This document shows positions 6,964 to 16,612 of a stretch of 28,953 bases of DNA, in pieces. Both the position numbers and the translations under genes were made by a program. The stretch comes from an uncultured Desulfovibrionaceae bacterium (lineage in GTDB: Bacteria > Desulfobacterota > Desulfovibrionia > Desulfovibrionales > Desulfovibrionaceae). The number at the start of each line of letters is the position of its first letter. Positions within the stretch are counted from its first letter, which is position 1. Under the pieces are notes generated by a model, which worked only from the letters and a program-made list of their open reading frames with translations, was not told the origin of the DNA and made no database searches. The stretch lies in assembly GCA_964369825.1 (NCBI GenBank), contig CAYJHV010000001.1:1-28953 (forward strand), read 5' to 3'.

Positions 6964-9036
6964 ATGGGTTTAAAATTATTAGGAAAAATGTTGTTGTACA
7001 TTTTAACTCCCGCCATCATTGGTCTTGTGGCATTGGCAACATTTTCAGGAGTACAAAGTAGAAATGATGCCATGGAGACAGCACGTTTACAGGTCACAGA
7101 ACTTACACGTGTGCAAGCCAGTGAACTTAATAATATTATAGACTATATTATTGATGTTACAAACTTTACCAGCACTATTTCCACCTTCAGAAGATTTGCC
7201 GCAGGTGCTGTGCAAGGGGCTGACACCTCACAACAAGAAGCACTGCATAAGCTTATTAATGTTACTTTGTCTAAGTTAGTAAGTGAATATAGAGATATAT
7301 CCTCAAGCTTTGTAACTAATACCGAGGGTACAATTATTGCGCATACAGCACCTTCTCGTGTAGGTGACAGTGTTGCTAATTATGAAGCTGTCAAAGAAGC
7401 ATTGCTGGGGAAAAATTATATTGAAATCAGAACATCCGGAGAAACTAAACAATTGAGTGCTTTTGTGGGTGCTCCCATTGTGCAAGAAGGTAAAACCGTA
7501 GGTACTTTGGTTGTCAAGATTGACCTTGCTACCTTGAATAAAAATTCTGTGGGTACCATCGCCCTTACGCCCAACATGTCTCCCTATGTGTATGATTCAA
7601 GATTCGTTGTTATTATGGACAGGCAAACTCAATATGTGGGAGAAGATGATTCTGCCACACCACAAAGCCGCTATATTGCCGCAACAAAACAGGGCTCTTC
7701 AATTTATGAATTTGAAGGGCAAGAAATGATAGGTTTTTTTGCGCACGTTCCCATTGCAGATTGGTATGTTGTCATTGATACACCTCTCTCAGAACTTTTA
7801 GCAAACGCAAATAAACTTACCTTTGAAATTCTTATACTTGCCGCAATCATAGCCATTATTGTCAGTATTGTTATCTTTATAGTTGCCAAAGGAATTGTTA
7901 TTGCTATGCGTAATGGAGCGCAATTTGCGACCTATGTGGCCGCAGGTAATTTGCAATTAAGTGCCGAACAAGAAAGCGGTCTAGAAAATGCTATCAAGCG
8001 TAATGATGAAATTTCCACCCTTGCCATAGGTCTTAAGACCATGCTTGGTAATTTGGCAAAGATATTCAAAGAAGCTGAAGATGCCACTGCCGAAGCCAAA
8101 AAAGCTGTGACTGAGGCTGAAGAGGCAAAGCAAAAAGCTTTTGAAGCTGCCGAAGAAGCCAGCAAAGCCAGACGTGAAGGCTTGCTTGATGCAGCACATC
8201 AACTGGAAGGAGTGGTAAGTATTGTGGCTTCTGCTTCCGATCGTCTTTCTTCACAGGTGGAAATTTCCTCTCAAAGCGTACATGAACAAGCAAGTCGTAT
8301 TGCGCAAACGGCTGCAGCCATGGAAGAAATGAATGCTACCATTATTGATGTGGCCAAAAACTCCGGATCTAGCGCCGAACTTACGGAAAGTGCCAAGGAA
8401 AAAGCCCTTCATGGTGCTGAGATTACTGAAAAGTGCAAAGAATCCATCACCGAAGTGCAGCAACAATCCATGACTTTACGTGAAAATATGAATGCTCTTG
8501 CCGAACATGCTCAGTCCATTAATACAGTTATGGGCGTTATTTCTGATATCGCCGACCAAACTAATTTGTTGGCACTTAATGCTGCCATCGAAGCGGCCAG
8601 AGCCGGTGAAGCCGGACGTGGTTTTGCCGTTGTTGCCGATGAAGTACGTAAACTTGCGGAAAAGACCATTGCTTCTACCTCTGATGTGGCAAAGGCCATT
8701 ACTGCCATTCAGGCTAGCACAGAAAGCAATGTGAAGCAGGTTGATATTGCTGTGAACGGGATTGAGGAAGCCACCGAACTTGCCAATTTGAGCGGTGAGG
8801 CATTGCAAGCCATTTTGGAAATTACGGAAACCAGTGCCGGCGGAGTGCGAGCCATTGCCACTGCCAGTGAAGAACAATCTGCCACGGTGAGTGAAATGAA
8901 TAGTACCATTGACCAAATCAATGAGATTGCTAACAGCACAAGCAGATCCATGGATGAAGCATCTTCGGCAGTAATGGAACTTTCCGCACAAACACAAGAG
9001 CTTACAAAGATTATTGAAAACTTGAAAAAGAGCTAA
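6964..9036 (+). CDS. Methyl-accepting chemotaxis protein with a dCache-like sensor domain
   Basis: Two TM helices around a periplasmic domain, a HAMP region, the signature [38 protein letters not shown], and SD AAGGAG. Confidence 0.97.
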   Translation: MGLKLLGKMLLYILTPAIIGLVALATFSGVQSRNDAMETARLQVTELTRVQASELNNIIDYIIDVTNFTSTISTFRRFAAGAVQGADTSQQEALHKLINVTLSKLVSEYRDISSSFVTNTEGTIIAHTAPSRVGDSVANYEAVKEALLGKNYIEIRTSGETKQLSAFVGAPIVQEGKTVGTLVVKIDLATLNKNSVGTIALTPNMSPYVYDSRFVVIMDRQTQYVGEDDSATPQSRYIAATKQGSSIYEFEGQEMIGFFAHVPIADWYVVIDTPLSELLANANKLTFEILILAAIIAIIVSIVIFIVAKGIVIAMRNGAQFATYVAAGNLQLSAEQESGLENAIKRNDEISTLAIGLKTMLGNLAKIFKEAEDATAEAKKAVTEAEEAKQKAFEAAEEASKARREGLLDAAHQLEGVVSIVASASDRLSSQVEISSQSVHEQASRIAQTAAAMEEMNATIIDVAKNSGSSAELTESAKEKALHGAEITEKCKESITEVQQQSMTLRENMNALAEHAQSINTVMGVISDIADQTNLLALNAAIEAARAGEAGRGFAVVADEVRKLAEKTIASTSDVAKAITAIQASTESNVKQVDIAVNGIEEATELANLSGEALQAILEITETSAGGVRAIATASEEQSATVSEMNSTIDQINEIANSTSRSMDEASSAVMELSAQTQELTKIIENLKKS

Positions 9037-9040
9037 GAAC

Positions 9041-9086
9041 GTATTTTGTATGGAGTTAAGTTTATGCTTAACTCCATACAAAATAC
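9041..9086. terminator. Perfect 20-bp inverted repeat between convergent genes (terminator-like)
   Basis: GTATTTTGTATGGAGTTAAG-tttatg-CTTAACTCCATACAAAATAC, starting a few bases after the MCP stop. Confidence 0.7.
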
Positions 9087-9099
9087 TTCATGCTCAATA

Positions 9100-9130
9100 T
9101 TCTAAATTCCAAATTCCAAACTCCAAACTC
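9100..9130. repeat. Short tandem heptamer repeat
   Basis: TTCTAAA TTCCAAA TTCCAAA CTCCAAA CTC, abutting the sfsA stop. Confidence 0.7.
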
Positions 9131-9929
9131 AGCACTTTTCTCGCTGCAAAGGCAAGTATTGATCAAGGTATATACCATTACACTCCACACGAGCACGCAT
9201 AACGTAAATTTCAACGCCTGTTTCAAGAGCCTGCCAAAATAGTTTGGCATATGCAGGGTCAATAATTTCTGCCGGCGCAAAGCATTTTCCGTCCGCACGT
9301 TGTACAAGGTAGAACATGGCAGCCCGTTCACCGCTGTGTACAATGTCCATGAGTTCCAAAAGATGCTTTTGCCCTCGAAGTGTGGGCGCATCGGGAAATA
9401 GAGCAACGTCATCTTCCACTAAGGTGACGTTTTTACATTCCACCCACAAGGGGATTTTGTCTTTACCGCTGATGCAAGCATCAAGTCGTGAATTACCACG
9501 TTTAGCTTCTCGCTTAAAATGTGTGTAACCGTGAGCGAATTCCAGTAACCCGGCATGAAAAGCCGCTTCTAAAATTTTATTGGGTACAGCGGTATTTACC
9601 CCCACCCAAAAACCGTTTCCGGTTTCCACATTCTGGTTTTGCCCTTGAGCAAATACTTTGGGTAACCAAACTGCCTCTTGGGTGTAAGCTAATTTTCGCT
9701 TGGGATTATTGGCAGGGGAAAGTAGTACCGGTAAGCCTTGGCGTAAAAGGCCGAGCATGGAGCCGGAATTATTGCTGTGTACCCATGTTTCTTCTGCATT
9801 AAGTAAGACGGACACGGAAAATCTTTTGTGTCGACGTAAGAAAAAGCCCACACGCATATTTTTTGGGTATAAAAATACAGGTTGTGCGCTAGAATTCGTA
9901 GGAGATAAAGAGTTTACTTTTTTTGTCAT
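9129..9929 (-). CDS. sfsA: DNA/RNA nuclease SfsA
   Basis: [41 protein letters not shown] motifs. Start reassigned to ATG 9929 because the 10103 start overlaps the divergent aminotransferase. Confidence 0.93.
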   Translation of the reverse strand: MTKKVNSLSPTNSSAQPVFLYPKNMRVGFFLRRHKRFSVSVLLNAEETWVHSNNSGSMLGLLRQGLPVLLSPANNPKRKLAYTQEAVWLPKVFAQGQNQNVETGNGFWVGVNTAVPNKILEAAFHAGLLEFAHGYTHFKREAKRGNSRLDACISGKDKIPLWVECKNVTLVEDDVALFPDAPTLRGQKHLLELMDIVHSGERAAMFYLVQRADGKCFAPAEIIDPAYAKLFWQALETGVEIYVMRARVECNGIYLDQYLPLQREKC

Positions 9930-10035
9930 ATGTGGTAAAATAAGAAAAATTTTTGTGTGTTGGCTAAAAAAGCCAAGTAACAGTTTGTTTTTAAGCAAAT
10001 AAGCATTTTGTTCAATTATAAGGGATCCAACAACA

Positions 10036-11211
10036 ATGAAACTTGCAAATAAATTTTCTTCTGTCAAGCCTTCCGCCACTCTTGCCATCAATGCCAAAGC
10101 CATGGAACTTAAAAATCAAGGAATAGGAATAATTAGTCTTGCGGTGGGTGAACCGGATTTCACCACCCCAAAGCATATTTGTGAGGCTGCCAAAATTGCC
10201 ATTGATGCCGGTTTTACTCGTTATACCGCCGTTCCCGGTATTATGGAATTGCGCCAAGCTGTGGCTAATTATTATGACCATGAATATGGCGCACGTTTTG
10301 CTCCCGAAAATGTAGTTATTTCCAATGGCGGCAAACAACCTTTATATAATATTATGCAGGCATTGTTAAATCCTCATGATGAAGTGCTCATTCCTGCACC
10401 ATATTGGGTAAGTTATCCCGAAATGGCAGCCCTTGCCGAAGCAAAAGCTGTGGAAGTGCCAACCTTGGTGGAAGATGATTTCAAGGTGAGTACAGCACAG
10501 CTTGAACAATACTTAACTCCCCAAAGTCGTATGCTTATTTTGAACTCTCCTTCCAATCCCACAGGCGTTATTTATAGTCAAGAGGAATTGGATACGCTTA
10601 TGGCATGGGCCATGGAAAAGGGGCTTTTTGTTATTTCCGATGAAATTTATGACCAACTTGTATATGACGGTAAAAAATCTGCCACAGCTGCCCATTGGTT
10701 TTTGCGCTATCCCGAACAAGTGGCGCTGTGTAATGGTCTTTCCAAAAGTTATGCCATGACCGGTTGGCGTGTGGGGTATAGCGTGTGTTGTCCGCCTTTG
10801 ACCAAGACCATTATCAATCTTCAGGGGCAAAGTACCTCCAATGTATGTTCCATCGCACAAAAAGCTGCTCTTGCTGCTCTTGAAGGTCCAAAGGACTTTA
10901 TGCAAACCATGCGCACGGCTTTCACAAGGCGCAGAGATATGGGCTATGCTGCCATTAAAAATTGGGAAAAGGCCATTTGCCCAAAACCCGGCGGTGCTTT
11001 TTATTTTTTTGTGGACATTCATAAATACTATCGTCCCGGCCTTGCCAATGATGTGGAAGTGTGCACGGCTTTACTTGAAAAAGCGCATGTGGCAGTGGTA
11101 CCCGGCTCTGCCTTTGGTGATGATAAATGCATACGCTTTTCTTATGCACTTTCCGATGAGGTGCTTATGGATGCGCTCACACGCATTGGAAATATACTTG
11201 AGGGAGTTTAG
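10036..11211 (+). CDS. aspC: Class I/II PLP-dependent aminotransferase (aspartate aminotransferase-like)
   Basis: [18 protein letters not shown], and the PLP-lysine motif [14 protein letters not shown]. Confidence 0.88.
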   Translation: MKLANKFSSVKPSATLAINAKAMELKNQGIGIISLAVGEPDFTTPKHICEAAKIAIDAGFTRYTAVPGIMELRQAVANYYDHEYGARFAPENVVISNGGKQPLYNIMQALLNPHDEVLIPAPYWVSYPEMAALAEAKAVEVPTLVEDDFKVSTAQLEQYLTPQSRMLILNSPSNPTGVIYSQEELDTLMAWAMEKGLFVISDEIYDQLVYDGKKSATAAHWFLRYPEQVALCNGLSKSYAMTGWRVGYSVCCPPLTKTIINLQGQSTSNVCSIAQKAALAALEGPKDFMQTMRTAFTRRRDMGYAAIKNWEKAICPKPGGAFYFFVDIHKYYRPGLANDVEVCTALLEKAHVAVVPGSAFGDDKCIRFSYALSDEVLMDALTRIGNILEGV

Positions 11212-11240
11212 TTTTAACTTGTTATTAGTTTGAGATATTT

Positions 11241-13667
11241 ATGAAAAATAAAATTTTCCCCCAAAATTTACATGGGCTGAGCGAAGCCTTGGCAAGAATT
11301 ACAAATTCGCCCACTTTGACCACAGGCAATTTTCAGGATGCCGCTCTTATCATTGCCAAAGAAGGCGCTCATGCACTTGATGTTACACGTGTTTCCATCT
11401 GGAATGTTTATCCCAATAATAAGCAAATGGAATGCGTTTTGCGCTATAATGCTGAAAATGGTTTGGTGGATAAAGCCGAAGATTTCAGCTTAGATTCCAG
11501 TGAGTCGTACTTTGAAGCATTGCAGGTTAATCGTATCATCCGTGCCGACCATGACAGTCCCGAAGCCTTGGCTGTTTTTGAAGATGTGTATGATGGAAAC
11601 ATAACTGCCATGCTTGATGCTCCGGTGCGTGTGCGTGGTGAACTTGTGGGGGTTATTTGTCTTGAGCAAAATCATCATCAGCGTATTTGGTCTCCTGAGG
11701 AAATGAACTTTGCCTCATCTTTGGCAGACTTTTTGGCACTTGCCAAATCCTCGGCATTGTATGCCAAGGCCATTGATGATTTGAATATGACCAAAAAACG
11801 TGCGGACAGGCTTATGGCCAATTTACCGGGAGCCATCTATCAATGCTTAAACGAACCCCCCACCTACAGATTTACTTATGTGAGTGAAGGGTGTTATCCC
11901 CTATATGGGTATACTCCCGAAGAATTAACCCGTGAAGGCGGGGTACGTTTTTTTGATTTGGTGCATCCGGAAGATGTACAAGCTTTGGCAGACATAAATT
12001 TAAAAACTTTGGACGTGGGGCTGCCTCTTGATACCACCTTCAGGGTAATTGCCAGAGATGGTACCATAAAATGGGTTTGGGAACGCAGTCGGGTGGCAGA
12101 GTTTACACCTGATGGTGAACCTTATGTGCTTGAAGGATTTTTGTCTGACATTACCGAACAAAGACGACTTGAAAGTGCGGAACTTGCCAATCAGGCCAAG
12201 AGCACATTTTTGGCCAATATGAGTCATGAAATCCGTACCCCCATGAATGCCATTTTGGGTATGTCAGATATTGCTTTGCGTCATGGTTCCACGGCGCAAG
12301 TGGAAGAATGCCTGCAAAATATCAAAGGGGCGGCCGGTTCACTGCTTGCCATTATCAATGATATTTTGGATTTCTCCAAAATTGAAGCCGGCGCCATAGA
12401 AATTATGCCCGAACCTTATTATGTTGAATCCTTTATCAACGATATTGTTTCACTCATTAATGTGCGCCTTGGGCGTAAAAATATTGAATTTTTCATTGAC
12501 GATTACCATGCCACTCCCAATATTTTGATAGGCGATAGTATTCGCATTAAGCAAGTTCTGATCAATCTTTTAACCAATGCCTTAAAGTTTACCTACGAAG
12601 GACATATTCGCTTGAATATCGGAGCAGAACCTGCCGAAAAAGGCGAAAAAACTTTTTTGAAAGTGAGTGTGGAAGATACCGGTATTGGCATCAGGCGAGA
12701 AGATTTGCCAGTGCTTTTTAATACTTTTTCACAACTTGACACCAAGAAAAATAGAAATATAGAAGGTACCGGGCTTGGTCTTGCCATTACCAAAAGTCTT
12801 GTGGAAGAAATGGGTGGCAGTATTTCTGTTACCAGTACCTACGGTAAAGGTTCTTGTTTTTCTTTTGAAATACCGCAAGAAGTGGAAGAAAATACTCCTT
12901 TATTGGAAAAGAAAGATTTTGGGAAAATTAAAGCGGGAGTTTGGCTTGAATCCAAGGTAAAAGCAGAGTTTTTGTGCCAAAAGTTAGCGCATATGGGCTT
13001 TGAAGCTCATTTGATTGCCAATGAAACAGAAATAGCTAATTATACCCATGTTTTTGTGGACTATTATAAATTGGATAGCCTAGATTTAAGCGCATTTCCC
13101 GAAACCTATATTATTGCTATTTCTCGTAATTATTTTGAAGGCAAAGATATGCCTGATAATGTGACCGTTGCCTATACACCTTTGACCACCATAGTTATGG
13201 CAAGACTTTTGGAAGGTACCGTTTATCATGCCGGCGACAGTGCCGGACGAGATGCGGGCTTTAGTCTGAAAACGCATGGGGTACGGGCTTTGGTAGTTGA
13301 TGATAATAGTATTAACCTCATCATTACTCAAAGTGTTTTAGAAGAATATGATATTGCTGTGGATACCGTTCTTTCCGGTGAAGAAGCCATTAATAATGTA
13401 AAAAAAGTTGCTTATGATGTGATTTTCATGGATCATATGATGCCAAAAATGGACGGTGTGGAAGCTACACAACATATCAGGGCGCTCAATGGTGATCGTT
13501 TTAGTGTGGTTCCCATTGTGGCACTGACTGCCAATGCCGTGGGCGATGTACGCTCAGGTTTTATAAAAGCAGGTATGAATGATTTTCTTTCAAAACCGCT
13601 TATTATTAAAGAGCTGGAAAGAGTGTTGCGTCAATGGTTACCCACTGACAAATGGAAAAATATTTAA
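11241..13667 (+). CDS. Cytoplasmic hybrid sensor histidine kinase (GAF-PAS-HisKA-HATPase-REC)
   Basis: H box FLANMSHEIRTPMN, N box NLLTNALKFT, G boxes DTGIG and GTGLGL, receiver VVDD...FMDHMMP...SKP. No obvious TM helix. Confidence 0.95.
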   Translation: MKNKIFPQNLHGLSEALARITNSPTLTTGNFQDAALIIAKEGAHALDVTRVSIWNVYPNNKQMECVLRYNAENGLVDKAEDFSLDSSESYFEALQVNRIIRADHDSPEALAVFEDVYDGNITAMLDAPVRVRGELVGVICLEQNHHQRIWSPEEMNFASSLADFLALAKSSALYAKAIDDLNMTKKRADRLMANLPGAIYQCLNEPPTYRFTYVSEGCYPLYGYTPEELTREGGVRFFDLVHPEDVQALADINLKTLDVGLPLDTTFRVIARDGTIKWVWERSRVAEFTPDGEPYVLEGFLSDITEQRRLESAELANQAKSTFLANMSHEIRTPMNAILGMSDIALRHGSTAQVEECLQNIKGAAGSLLAIINDILDFSKIEAGAIEIMPEPYYVESFINDIVSLINVRLGRKNIEFFIDDYHATPNILIGDSIRIKQVLINLLTNALKFTYEGHIRLNIGAEPAEKGEKTFLKVSVEDTGIGIRREDLPVLFNTFSQLDTKKNRNIEGTGLGLAITKSLVEEMGGSISVTSTYGKGSCFSFEIPQEVEENTPLLEKKDFGKIKAGVWLESKVKAEFLCQKLAHMGFEAHLIANETEIANYTHVFVDYYKLDSLDLSAFPETYIIAISRNYFEGKDMPDNVTVAYTPLTTIVMARLLEGTVYHAGDSAGRDAGFSLKTHGVRALVVDDNSINLIITQSVLEEYDIAVDTVLSGEEAINNVKKVAYDVIFMDHMMPKMDGVEATQHIRALNGDRFSVVPIVALTANAVGDVRSGFIKAGMNDFLSKPLIIKELERVLRQWLPTDKWKNI

Positions 13668-13753
13668 ATAATTTTCATACAACAAATTGATGTATGATAT
13701 TTTCTTATTTTAATAAATATCGCATCTATAAGTTATTATTATGATTTCATGCT

Positions 13754-14224
13754 ATGAGTAATTACTCCAAGGTGAAAGTCTGCTTTGTGCGAGACAATGC
13801 CAAGACTTTGTATGCCAACTCTCTGCATTATGCCACACCATATGCTGCCGGCATGGATTTGCGTGCGTGCTTTGATGCCCCCTCTATTCTATTGGAAGCA
13901 GGGCAAAGGATTCTTGTGCCTTCAGGCATTGCCATCGAGCCCCTTGATAAGGAAGAAGTAGCAGGCTTTGTCTATTCACGAAGTGGATTGGGGGCAAAGC
14001 ACGGTATTACCGTTGCCCAAGGTGTTGGAGTCATCGACAGTGACTATCGTGGCGAAATAATGATTATGCTCTTAAATACGCATGATAAAGCGTATTGCAT
14101 AGAACAGGGCGAAAGGGTGGCACAACTTATTTTTCAACCTATTGTCCGCCCCGAAGTACATATTTGTAGCGTTTTGGAAGCAAGTGAGCGTGGTAGTGGT
14201 GGCTTTGGGCATACTGGAAGGTAA
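13754..14224 (+). CDS. dut: dUTP diphosphatase
   Basis: AAGMDL, RSGLG, GVIDSDYRGEI, AQL and RGSGGFGHTG motifs. Confidence 0.97.
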   Translation: MSNYSKVKVCFVRDNAKTLYANSLHYATPYAAGMDLRACFDAPSILLEAGQRILVPSGIAIEPLDKEEVAGFVYSRSGLGAKHGITVAQGVGVIDSDYRGEIMIMLLNTHDKAYCIEQGERVAQLIFQPIVRPEVHICSVLEASERGSGGFGHTGR

Positions 14225-14273
14225 TGGTACAGTATTTTATTTTTATGAACATAAATATATAAAGGATACATAT

Positions 14274-15491
14274 ATGACTGAATTTTCAAATAAATTTTTG
14301 GAACTTAAAAATAAAGAAGAGCAGCTTCTGTGCCGAACCTATGGTCGCTATCCGCTTGCTTTGGTGCGTGGTGAAGGTTCTTTGGTTTGGGATATTGACG
14401 GCAAAGAATATGTGGATTTACTGGCAGGAATCGCCGTCATAGGTCTTGGACATTGTCATCCCGAAGTTGTGAAAACTTTGCATGAACAAGCACACAAATT
14501 GTGGCATGTGAGCAATTTATTTTATCAAGAAGAGCAATTGGAACTGGCAGAAAAACTTCTTGCCACTTGCCATATGAACAAGGCTTTTTTTTGCAATTCC
14601 GGTGCCGAAGCCAACGCAGCTGCTTTTAAGCTTGCCAGACGCTATATGCGCAAAGTTAAAAAACGTGATGCTTATGAGATTATTACTTTAAGCGGTGCTT
14701 TTCACGGACGTACCTTGGCCACCGTCGCCGCCACCGGACAAGAGCGTTTTCAAGATGGTTTTACTCCCATGCCGGAGGGTTTTAAACAAGTGCCATATGG
14801 TGATATGCAAGCTTTGCGTGCTGCCATTACAGAGCAAACTGCCGGTGTTTTCTTTGAAGTGATACAAGGCGAAGGCGGTATTCGTCCCATAACCTCTGAA
14901 TATATTAAAGCCATTGAAAGTCTGTGCCGTGAAAAAGATATATTATTCATGGTGGATGAAGTTCAAGCAGGGCTTGGACGTACCGGAAAATTTTGGGCAT
15001 TTCAAAATTTTGATGTGAAACCGGATATTTTGACCATGGCCAAAGCTCTTGCCAATGGTTTACCCATGGGAGCCATTTTAACCACCGACGAAGTCAATGC
15101 CGGTTTTGAACTTGGCAGTCATGCCACAACCTTTGGCGGCGGAGCCTTGCTTTCAAAAGTCGCTGCCACGTGCATTGATATTCTTTTACGTGATAATTTA
15201 GTGGAAAGAGCAGGGCGATTGGGTACTGATTTCCAAGGAAAAATTCGAGACCTAGCACAGCGTATGCCCGGTACCGTCAAGGAAGTTCGAGGGCTTGGAC
15301 TTATGCTTGGCATAGAGCTTACAGCGCATGGTAAAGCCGTTTGGGAAGATTTATTGCAGGCAGGCTTTATCTGTAATCTGAGCCATGAAACAACTTTACG
15401 ACTTTTGCCCGCATTGACGGTGGAAGAAGAACAGCTTGCTGCCTTTGTGGAAGCGCTGGAAAAAATATTGCATAAACATTTTCAAATGTAA
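14274..15491 (+). CDS. argD: Acetylornithine aminotransferase (class III)
   Basis: FCNSGAEAN, FHGRT, QGEGG, DEVQAGLGRTG, AKALANGLP and HATTFGG. Start reassigned to ATG 14274 after AAAGGA. Confidence 0.92.
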   Translation: MTEFSNKFLELKNKEEQLLCRTYGRYPLALVRGEGSLVWDIDGKEYVDLLAGIAVIGLGHCHPEVVKTLHEQAHKLWHVSNLFYQEEQLELAEKLLATCHMNKAFFCNSGAEANAAAFKLARRYMRKVKKRDAYEIITLSGAFHGRTLATVAATGQERFQDGFTPMPEGFKQVPYGDMQALRAAITEQTAGVFFEVIQGEGGIRPITSEYIKAIESLCREKDILFMVDEVQAGLGRTGKFWAFQNFDVKPDILTMAKALANGLPMGAILTTDEVNAGFELGSHATTFGGGALLSKVAATCIDILLRDNLVERAGRLGTDFQGKIRDLAQRMPGTVKEVRGLGLMLGIELTAHGKAVWEDLLQAGFICNLSHETTLRLLPALTVEEEQLAAFVEALEKILHKHFQM

Positions 15492-15506
15492 TTCTATGCG
15501 AGTATC

Positions 15507-15544
15507 TTTTTTTTGGGGGGGGGAAGGAGTTCCCCCCGGAAAAT
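15507..15544. repeat. G/C homopolymer hairpin between convergent genes
   Basis: T8-G9-AA-GGAG-TT-C6-GG-AAAA. The stem is GGGGGGAA/TTCCCCCC. Confidence 0.5.
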
Positions 15545-15570
15545 AAGTAATTATTTACAACCTACTTTTT

Positions 15571-16464
15571 CTACCAACGCTTACGATTTATTTTCTTTTG
15601 ATTGAGCGCACGAGCTACTTTTGCCGATGAATTTGGAGTGGCAAAGCCGGCTTCGAGCAATTTCATCACTTCCAAATCACGTCCGGCACGGCTGCTGCCG
15701 CCAAGTATGACGCCAAGTAATTTCACACCATTTCGTTCAGCAGAAAAAATGAGGTTAAAACCGGAAGCTCTTGTATAGCCCGTTTTTAATCCTGTCATAC
15801 CTCGCACTTGACCTAATAATTGATTGGTATTTTTATGAACTCTTTTGTTGTGTTCAAAGGATCTGGTGGCATGAAAAGTCATGGCCGATGGATGAGCTTT
15901 CATATAACTGCGAGCCATTTTGAGCATATCATAGGCGGTGGTATATTGCCCTTGAGCAGGCAAGCCATGCGGCGTTTTAAATGTGCTGTTACGCATACCT
16001 AAGTTTTTTGCTTTTTGATTGATCAAAGATACAAAAGATTTATCAGTTTGGGCTAAAGATTGAGCCAAAGCAGAAGAAGCATTATTTCCGGATGAAACTG
16101 CCATTCCAAGCAACAGTTTTTCTATGGAAATATTTTCGCCTTTGCGTAATTTCATTTTAGAACCACCAACTTTAGCAGCGCTTGGGCTGATCTTTGTCAT
16201 TTTATTCAAAGTAACTTTTTTAGCTTTAACCATATCAAAAGTGACAAACATACTCATTACTTTGGTTAATGAAGCCGGAGGTATGGGCATATAAGGATTT
16301 TTTTTATACAAAATACGTCCGTTGGACATATTCATTAAAATTGCGGCTCTGGCATTCAGCCCTGCCAAGGCAGGGGATGAAAGTGTATGTAAAAAACAAA
16401 AAGTACATATACAAAAAATGAAAAGTGAACACGTTTTTAAAGTTCTATCCTTTAAGGCAAACAT
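15571..16464 (-). CDS. D-alanyl-D-alanine carboxypeptidase, peptidase S11 family
   Basis: Signal peptide, and motifs PASLTK (SxxK), SGN and KTG. Start reassigned to ATG 16464 after AGGGAG. Confidence 0.92.
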   Translation of the reverse strand: MFALKDRTLKTCSLFIFCICTFCFLHTLSSPALAGLNARAAILMNMSNGRILYKKNPYMPIPPASLTKVMSMFVTFDMVKAKKVTLNKMTKISPSAAKVGGSKMKLRKGENISIEKLLLGMAVSSGNNASSALAQSLAQTDKSFVSLINQKAKNLGMRNSTFKTPHGLPAQGQYTTAYDMLKMARSYMKAHPSAMTFHATRSFEHNKRVHKNTNQLLGQVRGMTGLKTGYTRASGFNLIFSAERNGVKLLGVILGGSSRAGRDLEVMKLLEAGFATPNSSAKVARALNQKKINRKRW

Positions 16465-16506
16465 AAATAAGTTACTCTCCCTGTTTATACCACGTGATAC
16501 AGATTT

Positions 16507-16555
16507 AAAAATTTTTTCAGGGAGTTTTTGGTGTAATAAAAAACCCCCTGAAAAA
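16507..16555 (-). terminator. Probable terminator of the SNF2 gene
   Basis: Inverted repeat TTTTTCAGGG-A-GTTTTT / AAAAAC-C-CCCTGAAAAA (16513-16555), followed by a T run on the minus strand. Confidence 0.55.
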
Positions 16556-16612
16556 TTCATATATCAACTAAGCATATTGTTTATATAATTAAATGTATTT
16601 TTTTTCTGGAAA

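Noticed and set aside
9930..10103. N-terminal extension of SfsA in the ORF track
   Set aside because: It overlaps the divergent aminotransferase start and the intergenic promoter region. ATG 9929 is more plausible.
14142..14273. N-terminal extension of ArgD overlapping dut
   Set aside because: It uses a non-canonical start, while ATG 14274 has an SD-like AAAGGA and gives a normal length.
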